Below are positions 1-11,743 of a DNA stretch of 64,000 nucleotides, one piece after another. Position 1 is the stretch's first letter, and each line of letters opens with the position of its first letter. Below the pieces are notes generated by a model that was given only the letters and a program-made list of their open reading frames with translations, was not told where the DNA came from and ran no database searches. Source of the stretch: Octopus sinensis (Eukaryota); assembly GCF_006345805.1 (NCBI RefSeq), contig NC_043017.1:17298001-17362000 (forward strand), in the 5' to 3' direction. The position numbers and the translations under genes were made by a program.

Positions 1-84
1 ACACACACACATACACACACACACACACACAAAACATTTCCGTTCACAGCAGAACACACACACGCACACGCGTGCCACACATAT

Positions 85-132
<48 letters not shown>

Positions 133-154
133 GGAAATACACATGCGCGTTCAT

Positions 155-189
<35 letters not shown>

Positions 190-361
190 GGGTTAGTTCA
201 CCTGTACTCTTTCTTTCTCTTTTTCTTTCTCTCCCACTCAGTCTTTCATTCACACACGTACACACATATCCACACACATATATCCGCACACACATATCCA
301 CGCATACCCACACATATACACATGGCATTAGTACACCTGCACTCGGCCTCTCTTTCTCTTA

Positions 362-418
<57 letters not shown>

Positions 419-690
419 AAACAAGTACACATACAGACACACATACAGGTGGCGGTTAGACACGCATTCTAACGAATACATGACCATACGGCATTCGTCA
501 GTTGTATTCGCATGCACAACACACACGCACCATACAAGTGCTTCTATACATTCACCTACTCACGTATATACGCAAGGTATTCATTCAATAACACTCACAC
601 ATGCGTACACACACATACACACACAAACAAGTACAACGGGTCAGTAACACACACACATACACACACATATATATATACATATATATAGTC
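1..690. repeat. Compound (CA)n/(TA)n microsatellite region
   Basis: Long AC and TA dinucleotide runs; the overlapping [12 protein letters not shown] ORFs are translations of these runs. Confidence 0.9.
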
Positions 691-761
691 GAAAGCTGCT
701 CATAGAACTCGAATCTGCAACGGTCTTCTTATATGTGTGCGTGTTTGTGTGTATGTGTGTA

Positions 762-794
<33 letters not shown>

Positions 795-959
795 CATGTC
801 CCCGAGAAAAAATTTCGTTGAGTGGAGCGAGACAGCGTTCAGGTCCCGAATTAAAAAGGGGCCGTGAAATGTTATTTCTACTTTCCCAGACATGCATACA
901 TACATACATTTTTATTTATTTATTTTTTTGTTCGAGGGAAAGGATACTGAATATATTCA

Positions 960-1041
960 CAGGGCCATTTATTGACTCCTGGCCCCGGACACTAGTACCA
1001 TCTGAGCCAGCCCCCACCCGGGCTCTCACTTATTGGCCCTG
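960..1041. mobile_element. Small putative hAT-type MITE remnant
   Basis: Ends CAGGGCCA (960) and TGGCCCTG (1034-1041) are inverted complements; no 8-bp TSD seen. Confidence 0.3.
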
Positions 1042-1462
1042 CTTATGTGAATGTTAATATGGCCGTGTATGTATGTATGTATGTATATATGTATATATGT
1101 ATATGGATAAAAACGAATCATTTCACGTCTCTCGAAGTCACTAAATTCTTATAACGTAAGCAATATATAACACCCACACCCACTCACACTTACACACACA
1201 CAACAAGAGAGGTATCCGGGAAGTGAGGCGGTCACTCCACGTAACACTCCAGTAAACATAGACTAATAGGAGGATATGTCGGAAGGAAAATTTCGCTACA
1301 AATCGCTTCCATCCGACACAAACTGAAAATCCAGAAGTTTAACGTGGTGATTGAAATAAGAAGAATGGAATTATAGATATTATGTTCCATTGTTTACAAT
1401 TGATTCAATATCGTTTAACGACAAATTATATAAGATTAAATACAACCGCCCATTCTTTTATT

Positions 1463-1690
1463 ATATCTTTTATTCTTTTACTTGTATCAACCATTTGATG
1501 TTGGCTATGCTGGAGCACCACTTTGAAGGGTATTAGTCGAACAAATTGACCCCAGGACTTAATCTTTTTTAAGCCTACTACTTATTCTACTGTTCTCGTT
1601 TGCCGAACCGCTTAGTTACAAGGGCGTAAACACACCAATACTGGTCGTCAAGCGGCAGTGGAAAACTAACAGACAGAAAGATACACACAA
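1463..1690 (-). mobile_element. SINE family B (CORE-like, OR-type), 3' half
   Basis: Reverse complement of the module ...CTTGACAACCG..GTGTTTACGTCCCCG..CGGTTCGGCAAAAGAGACC..CTCCAGCATGGCC..AAGTAAAAGA seen in the full copies at 15192, 25405 and 38553. Confidence 0.8.
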
Positions 1691-1740
1691 ACACACACAT
1701 ATATATGTGTATGTGTGTGTGTGTGTATACGATGGAGTTC

Positions 1741-1972
1741 TGTTTCTTTATTACCCACAAGGGGCTAAACATAGAGGGGACAAACAAGGACAGACAAACG
1801 GATTAAGTCGATTACATCAACCCCAGTGCGTAACTGGTACTTAATTTATCGACTCCGAAAGGATGAAAGGCAAAGTCGACCTCGGCGGAATTTGAGCTCA
1901 GAACATAACGGCAGACGAAATACCGCTACGCATTTTGCCTGGCGTGCTAACGGTTCTGCCAGCTCGCTGCCT
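1741..1972 (-). mobile_element. SINE family A (tRNA-derived, subfamily A1 tail), full length
   Basis: Matches the plus-strand copy at 17220-17454: A-box-like TGGCAGAA head, B-box GAGTTCAAATTC, tail AGCCCCTTGTGGGTARTAAAGAAA. Confidence 0.9.
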
Positions 1973-2930
1973 TTATATATACAAGGAGTTCTTTCAGTTA
2001 GATAGGCAGACTAAAAGTTTCCGTACATTACCCCTTGCCGCCAGGTGCCGCAATTAAACTGAAGACACTTAGGCATTTATATTCCGATTTGCCATCAGAA
2101 GCTGTCTTGAAATGGGGGGGGGGGAGAAAATAAGACAAAAGCAATAACTTTACTTAGATGTGAACCTTAACCTTTTGCTTTACATCTTGACATTGAAAAT
2201 TAATAATGAATAATAGAAAAAATATATATTATTTTCATAAAAATTTTTTTAGAACTTCAAACTTTAACTGGATTCGAACCTTCAACCTACTTTTTACGTT
2301 GGATAATAAATAAAAATAATTACTTCACCCCTTGAGAGGCGCCAGTAAACAGAGAATGCCGGGTCACGTGACTGATAGGAAAATAATATTTTAACGTTAA
2401 GAAAATTTCGAATCCACGGTTGATTCATTCTAAATCTGGAATTGAAAGTTCGAAAACTGTCGTCACCGTCTTCGATTAAATAAACATCTGTTGTTGTTGT
2501 TGCTGTTGTTGTTGTTGCTGTTGTTGTTCTTGTGGAGTGGGGGATGTTCGGAGATGGGACCCGACTAATGTTGTAATAACTGCACAACAGATGTTCCTTT
2601 CATCTTTACCAACCAACACCTCACAACTAATGAACGTGTACGGCGAAAATGTGTATGTGTGTGTGTGTGAGAGAGAGAGAGACAGTCTTATTGAGTATGA
2701 ATTTGCCCTGATATGCAGCAGGTGTGTGTGTGCGTCTGTATACGTATATTATTTTTGTTTTAGTCGGCTGAAAATGACAAAAGTCACTCGAGGGCATAGC
2801 AATTATTAACCCTACAAGTGTGTGCGCGTGTCGATGTGTATGCGTAAACGTCTGTTTTGCGTGAATGTGAGTGTGTCTGTGTGCGCGCGCATTAGGTACA
2901 ACTATAAATCTATTTATTTATATGTACACA

Positions 2931-3523
2931 TTTCTTTACTACCCACAAAGGGATAAACATAGAGGGGATAAACAAAGACATACAAATGGATTAAGTCGAT
3001 TACATCGACCCCAGTGCGAAACTGGTACTTTATTTATCAACCCCAAAAGGATGAATAGCAAAGTCGACCTCGGCGGAGTTTGAACTCAGAACGTAGCGAC
3101 AGACGAAATACTTGTTTCTTTACTGCCCACAAGGGGCTAAACACAGAAGGGACAAACAAGGACAGACAAACGGATTAAGTCGATTATATCGACCCCAGTG
3201 CGAAAATGCTACTTTATTTATTGACCCCGAAAGGATGAAAGGCAAAGTCGATTCGGCGGAATTCGAACTCAGAACGTAATGGCAGACGAAATACTTATTT
3301 CTTTATTACCCACAAGGGGCTAAACACAGAGAGGACAAACAAGGACAGACAAACGGATTAAGCCGATTATATCGACCTCAGTGCGTAACTGGTACTTATT
3401 TAATCGACCCCGAAAGGATGAAAGGCAAAGTCGACCTCGGCGGAATTTGAACTCAGAACGTAGCGGCAGACGAAATACTGCTGAGCACTTCGCCCAGCGT
3501 GCTAACGTTTCTGCCAACTCGCC
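2931..3523 (-). mobile_element. SINE family A head-to-tail trimer
   Basis: Units start at 2931, 3115 and 3298 (period 183-184 bp). Only the rightmost has the head; the other two begin at the internal GTATTTCGTCTG site. Confidence 0.92.
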
Positions 3524-3974
3524 ACGTTTATCTGAAAACGTTATATCTAAAAACAAAATGATGACATTTAATCTATTTAAACACTTAATGTAGTATTTAT
3601 TAGCCATACATTGAAGTATATAATTTAGTGATTTAGAGATTCTGGCCATCGTACTAATAATGAGCAGTGACTGCACAGCTGAAACAATATAACGAAGGGT
3701 GTCTATAAACTTCTGACATGTTTGTGTAAATGGCTATATGAATATGTATGTATTTGGTTATTCATAAGTATATGTATATCTATGTATCTATTCACCTCTC
3801 TCTCTCTCTCTCTCTCTCTATGTGTGTGTGTGTTTTGACCCATACATATATATATATATATATGTACATATATAAATATACATATAATAATAATAATAGT
3901 AGTAGTAGTAATAATAATAATAGTAGTAGTAGTAGTAGTAATAATAATCCTTTCTGCTATAGGCACAAAGCTTG

Positions 3975-4155
3975 GGGAGGAGAATAGTCGATTACATTGA
4001 CCCCAGTACTCAACTGGTACTTATTTTATCGACCTCGAAAGGATGAAAGGTGAAGCTGACCGCGGCGGAATTTGAACTCAGAACATGAAGACAGACTGAA
4101 ATACTGCTAAGCATTTTGCGCTGCATGCTAACGACTCTACCAGCTCATCGCCTTA
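3975..4155 (-). mobile_element. SINE family A (A2-type tail), diverged
   Basis: GGCACAAAG..AGTCGATTACATTGACCCCAGT..GAATTTGAACTCAGAAC..CAGCTCATCGCC. Confidence 0.8.
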
Positions 4156-4168
4156 AATAATAATAATG

Positions 4169-4203
<35 letters not shown>

Positions 4204-5245
4204 CTGATGCAGTACCAGGCAGTGGATCTCATGGCTTCTGATCTTAACTGATTGGAAGTGTTATCATGTACATTGTTTTGTCTTGGTATAAAAGATGGGC
4301 TACAGCAAATATTCTGCTCAATACCACAGATTTGCTTGCCAGTTGTTTGACCTTAACCAGTTGAGCATGTCCCTTAGTGGCTGACGATATGTGCATCTCT
4401 GATCACGAGCAGAAGTAGTGGGGGAGCATCATAGCCATGTGTTGAGAGGGATTCTTTGGGGTTTGAATAGTTCACCTCTGGAAACATGGTGGTTCTTTCA
4501 ACATCCTTAAACAACCCTTATTCAGGGACCTTTTGAGCGGGATGGGCTACTCAACCTGAAGAAAATTCTAACTGGGCCCCACCTGCAAGGTCATGTGCTG
4601 TTTATCTTGATATGAGATCACCATGTCGCGCACATATGGTTGTGATGCATGTGCCTGGTGTACCTTTATCAGACGGGTAGTCATGATGGGTATATTGGGC
4701 TTCGTATATTTTACCCCAGTGTCACTTTGATGGCATGAACTGCTCTCTCACTCAATAATAATAATAATAATAATAATTGTTTTGTCTTGGTATAAAAGAC
4801 GGGCTACAGTAAATATTCTGCTCAATACCACAGATTTGCTTGTCAGTTGTTTGACCATAACCAGTTGAGCATGTCCCTTGGTGGCTGACGATATGTGCAT
4901 CTCTGATCACGAGCAGGAGTAGTGGGGGAGCATCATAGCTATGTGTTGAAAGGAACTCTTTAGAGTTTGGATAATTCACCTTTGGAAACATGGGTGTTTC
5001 GTTCAACATCCTTAAACAACCCTTATACAGGGACCTTTTGAGCAGGATGGGTTACTCGACCAGAAGAAAATTCTAACTGGGCCCCACCTGCAAGGTCATG
5101 TGCTGTTTATCACCATGTCGCACACATATGGGTGTGGTATATGTGCCTAGTGTACCCTTATCAGACGGGTAGTCATGATGGGTATACTGGGCTTCGTATA
5201 TTTTACCCCAGTGTCACTTTGATAGCATGCACTGCTCTCTCACTC

Positions 5246-5246
<1 letters not shown>
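4204..5246. mobile_element. Tandem pair of an ~550-bp unclassified element embedded in (TAA)n tracts
   Basis: 4204-4754 and 4778-5246 align along their length; the second lacks the first ~70 bp and has a small internal deletion. Each is flanked by (AAT)n on both sides. Confidence 0.85.
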
Positions 5247-5294
<48 letters not shown>

Positions 5295-5402
5295 GGAAGA
5301 AAATTTGAAGAAAGAAGGAAAAAACATGATGATAATAATAATAATAATAATAATAATAATATGTACATTAATAAATACATATATGTGTACATATATATAC
5401 AA

Positions 5403-5439
<37 letters not shown>

Positions 5440-5739
5440 GTGTGTGTGCGTGTGTGTGTGTGTGTGCCCATTTCATTTTTGCACATTCATTCATTCACAT
5501 TTCTTTCATGCCACACTGGAGATCAATTATAAGACCTTGCTATTACTTTTCCGATTGTTGGTTAAAGAAAGTTTAAATTTGAATCGAAAAAGACAAAGGA
5601 CAACGTCATTGTTTACGGTTGTATAAAAGCACGACGTATAGAGAGATGAATCGGGAATAACATGTATCTTTTATATGGCGAATAAATATCTTAGTCGCTT
5701 GAATTGCGGCGCACCTACATTGCCTCTTCCGGTACACTG

Positions 5740-5975
5740 TTGTTGCATACTACATACATACATACATACACTCTCACTGCCCTCTCTTTCTCCTCTCTCT
5801 CTATCTCTCTCCTCTCTCTCTCTCTTTCTATATATATATATATATCTCTATATATATATATATAATATATATATAATATATATACATACAATAGCTTTGT
5901 ATGTCCTTTTCCATTCAAATATATATATATTTATATAGTATATTATATATATGTGTATATTATTATGTATGTATA

Positions 5976-6006
<31 letters not shown>

Positions 6007-6195
6007 ATTATGTATATATATATTATATATATATTAGTATGTATGTATGTATGTATATATGTATGTATGTATGTATGTATATATATATGTATGTGTGTGT
6101 ATATATATATATTAGATATATATTATTTATATATATATTATATGCATACATCAAATATATATTATTTATATAAATACACATACACACACACATAT
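5740..6195. repeat. (CT)n/(TA)n/(TATG)n compound microsatellite
   Basis: Direct inspection. Confidence 0.9.
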
Positions 6196-6196
6196 A

Positions 6197-6380
6197 TCTA
6201 TTATATAAAATCCGTTCTGTCTGTGTGTGTGTCTTTTAGGATTTCGGGCATCCTCCATCCGATTGCGCTCAAATTTGATATGTAGATACCGACGGTATCA
6301 GGGCGTGTATAAGTCTTGAAAAAATTACAAAAATCGATTCCAGGTGAGAATGCGATCGATAAAGCCGTGGAAATGTGCAT
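6197..6380 (+). mobile_element. Non-autonomous Helitron-like 5' end
   Basis: A|TCTATTATATAAAA start, then a GTCTGTGTG run and CCATCCGATTGCGCTCAAATTTG, the usual layout of invertebrate non-autonomous Helitron 5' ends. No 3' CTRR/hairpin end found. Confidence 0.55.
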
Positions 6381-6554
6381 TTGTAAAATCGTTTTTCTTT
6401 GGAATAGAAAGAAAGTCTATCTATATTTCTTCTTTTACTGGTGTCTCAAATTTAGGTTAAATCTGTGTTTCTCGAAGAGGTGGCCTATGGGACGGTCGGA
6501 CAAGTTGTTTTGAGAAAAATTTGGTTTAAATGTTTGACAACTCAGCACCGTCCA

Positions 6555-6708
6555 TTGGACGTGTATGTATATGTGTATGTATGCGTATGTGTGTGTTTTA
6601 TGTGTGTGCATGTGTTTGTATTATGTATGTTTGTATGTATATGTGTGTATGTGCGTATGTGTATGTGTGTCTATATGAGTGTATGTATGTGTACATATGC
6701 GTATTGTG

Positions 6709-6739
<31 letters not shown>

Positions 6740-6900
6740 ATGTCTATATGAATATGTGTGTGTATGTCTATGTGTTTGAATGTATATATGTGTATATATG
6801 CATGCATATATGTGTGTGTATATATATGAGTGTGTGTGTATGTATATATATATATATATGTGGTGTGTGTGTGTGTGTATACGTGAGTGTGTATGTCTGG
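6555..6900. repeat. Degenerate (TG)n/(TA)n microsatellite
   Basis: Direct inspection. Confidence 0.9.
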
Positions 6901-7177
6901 TTAGTATAGTTTTGAGATGGGACCTATGTCCATCTTATTACAAGGCCTCACCTTACCACACCCCCCACAACATTCCTTCCTCCTACACCACCACCTCCAC
7001 CACCACTTCCACCACCGTCTCCACCACCTCCTGACAGCCATCTTTACGTCATTATTGCTTCTCTTCTCCATGACACTGATGTCTGTTGTTGAGTTTCCAA
7101 AAAGAACCGTGTGGGAGAATTGAAAAATTTCGGAAATGGGAAGTTTCGATGCTATTCTATTTGGGTTAGGTGCTATG

Positions 7178-7180
7178 GAT

Positions 7181-7234
<54 letters not shown>

Positions 7235-7342
7235 CAACGACGACGATGACGACTATGACGACGATGACGACGACGTCGATGATGATGATGATTATGATTG
7301 TGGTGGTGGCGGTGGTGGTGGTGGTGGTGGTGGTGGTGGTGA
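7178..7342. repeat. (GAT)n-(GAC)n-(GGT)n compound trinucleotide repeat
   Basis: Direct inspection. Confidence 0.95.
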
Positions 7343-7404
7343 AAGGAAGTCGTTGATTCAATGATTTCGCGTTTAACTCGATGCTTATAATAATGGTTTC
7401 AAAT

Positions 7405-7500
7405 TTTGGCACAAGGCTAGCAGTTTCGAGGGAGGGGTAAGTCAATTACATCGACCCCAGGGTTCAACTGGTACTTATTTTATCGACTCCGACAGGATGA
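7405..7500 (-). mobile_element. SINE family A (A2 tail), 3' fragment
   Basis: TTTTGGCACAAGGCTAGCAG..AAGTCAATTACATCGACCCCAG..TTTATCGACTCCGA. Confidence 0.75.
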
Positions 7501-7504
7501 ATAG

Positions 7505-8060
7505 AGTTCCCAATAGAAAAATGGATATTCTGCCACATATTATTCTGGATATCCATAGATATCCTCTTTTTCTTTGATTTTCAAAGAGAATTCTTTGCAG
7601 CTCATACCTTTGCCCCTCTGTCCCAAACAACAATATCCGGCCGGTTATGTTTACATTTGTTTTGATGGGAATATTCCGCCAGTATTCCTTGAGTTGGTGT
7701 TTATGAATGTATTCCATAATTTTCTAAGTTTATTTCAGGACAGTCTTTTTTGCGGATAGCATTGTAAATTGTTTTAGTAACAACATCGTGCCGCATAGGA
7801 AAGTAATACCGTGACTACATTTTAGGATAGCTGTTTCTGTGATGTCTTCCACAGAAACATGACATAGCCTACATATGCGGGTGCATTTTAGGAATACAAG
7901 AGCGTCACTGTCTCTCTTGTTCACCAGGTACTTTCTGGCAATCTCCTGTTCCTGGATTACAAACGCATAGCCTTCAAAGTGTGATGTGATGTGGTGGTCT
8001 TGTGCCGAAGAGAGGCCGCGCTTCTTCAAGCTTCCGGGAAACGTACCTATGCATAGCCAT
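7505..8060 (-). mobile_element. RLE-clade (R4/Dong-like) non-LTR retrotransposon C-terminus, frameshifted: zinc knuckle plus restriction-like endonuclease
   Basis: Minus strand reads FEGYAFVIQEQEIARKYL..CRLCHVSVEDIT, then RHDVVTKTIYNA, EYIHKHQLKEYW and KHNRPDIVVWD (PD..D motif). Confidence 0.8.
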
Positions 8061-8479
8061 TTGTGTGTGTGTGTGTGTGGGGGGTTGAGTGCTTTTCATC
8101 CAGGTCTTCTCTGAGGTAAGAGAGCCCAGCTGTTTTGGGGCTGTATAGAAGATCATCAGGAGCTTACTGCCAACTCGTACAACATTGCTCACTTCATTTT
8201 TAGCACTGCATTTATATATTTATTTTAGCTGCTGTTTTTTTAGCAGGTACTGCATGTGTGATACCATACAGCATTCGAAGGCCACATGCACTGATCTCAG
8301 GCCTCTACCATCTTATTTCTTCTTAGGTAGAGCCTGTCAACATCACTGTCTCTGCGGAAGTATATATGTATGAGCAAGTAGTAAAACATGTTCATATAAA
8401 TCCTCAAACATAGATTTGCTTTTATATGTAATAAAACGTTTTATATCAATAAATATTAAAACATATATTATAATATATG

Positions 8480-8765
8480 TGAGGGGATTTGGTAGGCGGA
8501 AACTGAAAGAAGCCCGTCGTATATATGTATGTGTGTATGTGTGTGTGTGTGTTTGTGTGTCTGTGTTTGTCCCCCTAGCATTGCTTGACAACCGATGCTT
8601 GTGTGTTTATGTCCCCGTTCCTTAGCGGTTCGGCAAAAGAGACCGATAGAATAAGTACTGGGCTTACAAAAGAATAAGTCCTGGGGTCGATTTGCTCGAT
8701 TAAAGGCGATGCTCCAGCATGGCCGCAGTCAAATGACTGAAACAAGTAAAAGAGTAAAAGGGTAA
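8480..8765 (+). mobile_element. SINE family B, 5'-truncated
   Basis: GGATTTGGTAGGCGGAAACTGAAAGAAGCCCGTCG-(TA/TG)n-..CAGCATGGCCGCAGTCAAATGACTGAAACAAGTAAAAGAGTAAAAG. Confidence 0.9.
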
Positions 8766-9032
8766 AAGAGAGTAATACAAATAAGATGATAATTTACTTT
8801 CGAAAGCAGAGATGCCGTAAGAACAGCGGAAATATTGGCTAAGTTCCCCTTACGAAGCTTTGTCAACTGGTTGCTGACAAAAACATTATCCGCTTTGAAA
8901 GGGTAATTTACACAATATTTCTGCTGTTCAGACGGCATCTTTGCGTTCGAAAGTAAACTATCGTCTTATTTGTATTTACATATACACATTTCGGCGCTTA
9001 TAAAAAACAAATGTTTGTTTATATTTATACAT

Positions 9033-9068
<36 letters not shown>

Positions 9069-9241
9069 ATTAAGGGTGGAATATAATTAATTTAATAAAA
9101 TTAATCAATTTCACCTAGTAGATTTATCGGTATGGAAAAGACCATATTTGGTAAGGGTTATAATAATTATAATTAAGGGTTAATTGCAACAAGTTGCTCA
9201 AAACCACATACCGAAAATATTAGAAATAGCAGCCAAAATTG

Positions 9242-9332
9242 ATCACTATTTCCTCTACTAATAAAAAGTCTCCACAAACAAACAGAATTTGTAAGCTGTA
9301 TATTAGTTGTATATTTATTAGTAGAGGAAATA

Positions 9333-9337
<5 letters not shown>
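9242..9337. repeat. Perfect 24-bp inverted repeat with 48-nt spacer abutting (TA)n
   Basis: ATCACTATTTCCTCTACTAATAAA (9242-9265) / TTTATTAGTAGAGGAAATAGTGAT (9314-9337). Confidence 0.9.
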
Positions 9338-9431
<94 letters not shown>

Positions 9432-9636
9432 ATTTTATAAGATAAGTACTGAAACGTATATGTTTCAAAAAACAAGTAGCTTCACAAACAAACACGCGTA
9501 TTGGTATGTTTATATAAGTAAATATTGTAATATATATATATATATGTCTATAAATAAGTATGAATAGATATAAGAAATATTTCTATAGTTAAGTATTAAA
9601 ACATAAATATATCTGTTTAAATAATTAATAAAACAT

Positions 9637-10205
9637 AATGGAAGCACCTTATAATTTCAAACAAATTTATTTTAATATGGGTTAGGGTCACCTTTCGCAG
9701 TAATTACACCTTGAATTCTACGAGGTATGGACTCGTACAAAGTTTGAATTGTTTCCAAAGGAATTTTTGTCCATTCTTCAGCTAAAGCAGTCTCCAGTTC
9801 TTGTAGTGATGATGGTGAAGGATATCGGCTCCTTATTTGTTTTACTAAAATACAACATAAAGGGTCAATAATATTGAGATCTGGGGACTGTGGTGGCCAG
9901 ATAAGATGTTCAACTTCACTAGAATGTTCCTCGTGCCATTCAGTAACAGCTTTATCTGTGTGAATTAGTGCATTATCATCTTGAAAGATTACGTTACCCT
10001 TCGGAAATGGTTCCGCAACCATAGGATGAAGATGATCAGATAAAATACTTAAATAGTCTCGACTATTAAATTCTGCCATGAAGGGAAACCATTGGGCTGG
10101 CAGATTTCCAAGATATAGCCCCCCAAATCATCACAGATCCTCCTCCATGTTTAACAGTTGGAAGAAGGCAGTCAGGGTCAAATGCTTGGCCGTGACCAAC
10201 GTCTA
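9637..10205 (-). mobile_element. Tc1-family transposase C-terminal half, with DD36E/Incomer-like spacing, and partial 3' TIR
   Basis: PTVKHGGGSVMIWGAI..IFQDDNALIH..WPPQSPDLNIIDPL..ESIPRRIQGVITAKG. There are 36 residues between the second catalytic D and the third acidic residue, which reads D here. One frameshift near 10080. TAATGGAAGCACCTT at 9637-9651 matches the TIR of the MITE at 34094. Confidence 0.92.
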
Positions 10206-10308
10206 CTTTAAAAATATACATGTTGAGTGTGCGTGTATGTGTGTGTACATGCACAAGCACATATCCTATATAAGTGGTAAGTAAAATATACCTTTACAAG
10301 TAACAGTT

Positions 10309-10339
<31 letters not shown>

Positions 10340-10371
10340 AAATGTGTGTGTGTGTGTGTGTGTGTGTGTAG

Positions 10372-10461
10372 TATCGTTTAGAGTGGAGTAAGAACCTACA
10401 GAATTGGTCGCTAGAGCAGTGGAAGAATATTACTTTCTCGGACGAGTTATCCTTTACCTTA
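10372..10461 (+). mobile_element. Tc1 transposase segment with the first catalytic Asp, inverted relative to 9637-10205
   Basis: Plus frame YRLEWSKNLQNWSLEQWKNITFSDELSFTL matches the Tc1 RLxWAxxHxxWxxxxWxxVxFSDE motif. Confidence 0.85.
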
Positions 10462-10569
10462 GATACACACATACACACATATATACATTTGTATATAAAT
10501 TTATGTGGATTAAGTGCCCAAATGATGTAACATTTAAAAAGCAAGCTTCACTCCATCCTGTACAACGTT

Positions 10570-10730
10570 AGTGACGTTTACCGAGGCTGTCCATTATGTA
10601 CCCTCTACCAACCAATCTTCCTCGACGTACAACTACGCATGAGCAAATGGATCCCTCCATTGGGAAAACCAGAGCCTATTTCATTCCATGATTGACAGAG
10701 AGATTTATCGGCTGTCACTGTGAAAGTCAC
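10570..10730 (+). mobile_element. Possible decayed L1/Tx1-type RT fragment
   Basis: VYRGCPLCTLYQPIFLDVQLR loosely resembles the RT motif VRQGCPLSPLLY..LEP.LR. Confidence 0.3.
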
Positions 10731-11214
10731 TCCAAACACTCGAACTCAAAACTGTAAGAGTATAAAAGATGTGAATGACAGAATGGTGTCAGGGAAGAAA
10801 GGGGAAGAGGGATGCGATCTCGGTTTAATTCCTGACACAATGACATGTTTTCCTTTAGCGTTCACCTTTCTCTAACAAGGTCACCTTCTTCAATTAAGCA
10901 TCCATTTAACTGGGTTACTGGAATTCCTTTTCCCGTGTAAAACCCCTATTAACCTCATTCAAATTCCCCAACAACATTACAGCGTATTTCTTTTTCAATT
11001 TATTTCGTCAATGTTGCCATTCATCAACTCGTCTTCTTTTCTATTCTTACTTTCTTCCATCTGTCTCTTGATGCTATTTTTTAAATAACATTTCCTACTT
11101 TTCTTTTCTTTTCTCTAATGTTCCTTTTTTTTTACCAATTATGGTACAAATACGTACCTATAAACAAAAGTAATCTGGATAAGCATTACCCTATTTAATA
11201 ACAATCCTTTATAA

Positions 11215-11410
11215 GTTTTGGTCCCAGGCCAGCAATTCTGAGGAGAGGGGGAAAGGCGATTTCATTGACTCCAGTATTTCAAAGCTACTCACTTTATCGA
11301 CGCCAAAAGGGTTGCAAGGCAAAGCCGACCTCGGCGAAATTTGAGCTCAAAACGTAATTAGTCAGAGGAAATACTGGTAAGCACTTTGGTCCGATTTGGT
11401 AAAGATTCAG
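11215..11410 (-). mobile_element. SINE family A (A2 tail), diverged
   Basis: CCAGGCCAGCAATT..ATTGACTCCAGT..AAGGCAAAGCCGACCTCGGCGAAATTTGAGCTCA. Confidence 0.75.
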
Positions 11411-11469
11411 CTACCTTACGATCCGTTTTGATAATGTTTAACTATGTCTGTTAACAGCGTAATGTTCGT

Positions 11470-11743
11470 CTACGAAGCTATTGCCCCAGCTCCCCTTCAG
11501 GGTTGGCGAAAGCGATGTGGTGGACAACGAAAAACCTGGCTGATGACAGGCAAGGCTGATCTGGAACCCAACCGAGGCCCCCATATCTACGGCGTTCGCC
11601 GCTGGAACAAGGAGTGGTTGGAGATCACGCTGTCGTTAGCCTCAAATCGCCAGGCCTGGTCGGCGTTTGTGAGATGCAACATTGAGGATGAATGAAGCCA
11701 GCTCAACCCACCCCGGGTGAATACTATCAAGCCAAGTCAAGTA
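11470..11743 (+). mobile_element. RTE-clade LINE 3' end
   Basis: GWRKRCGGQRKTW..DL..LASNRQAWSAFV, a typical RTE C-terminus, followed by a short UTR and a CAAG(C/T) repeat tail ending CAAGTA. Confidence 0.75.

Noticed and set aside
4555-4580. CTGAAGA in the (TAA)n element as a hammerhead core
   Set aside because: No helix II-GAAA partner, and the motif is not conserved in the second copy.
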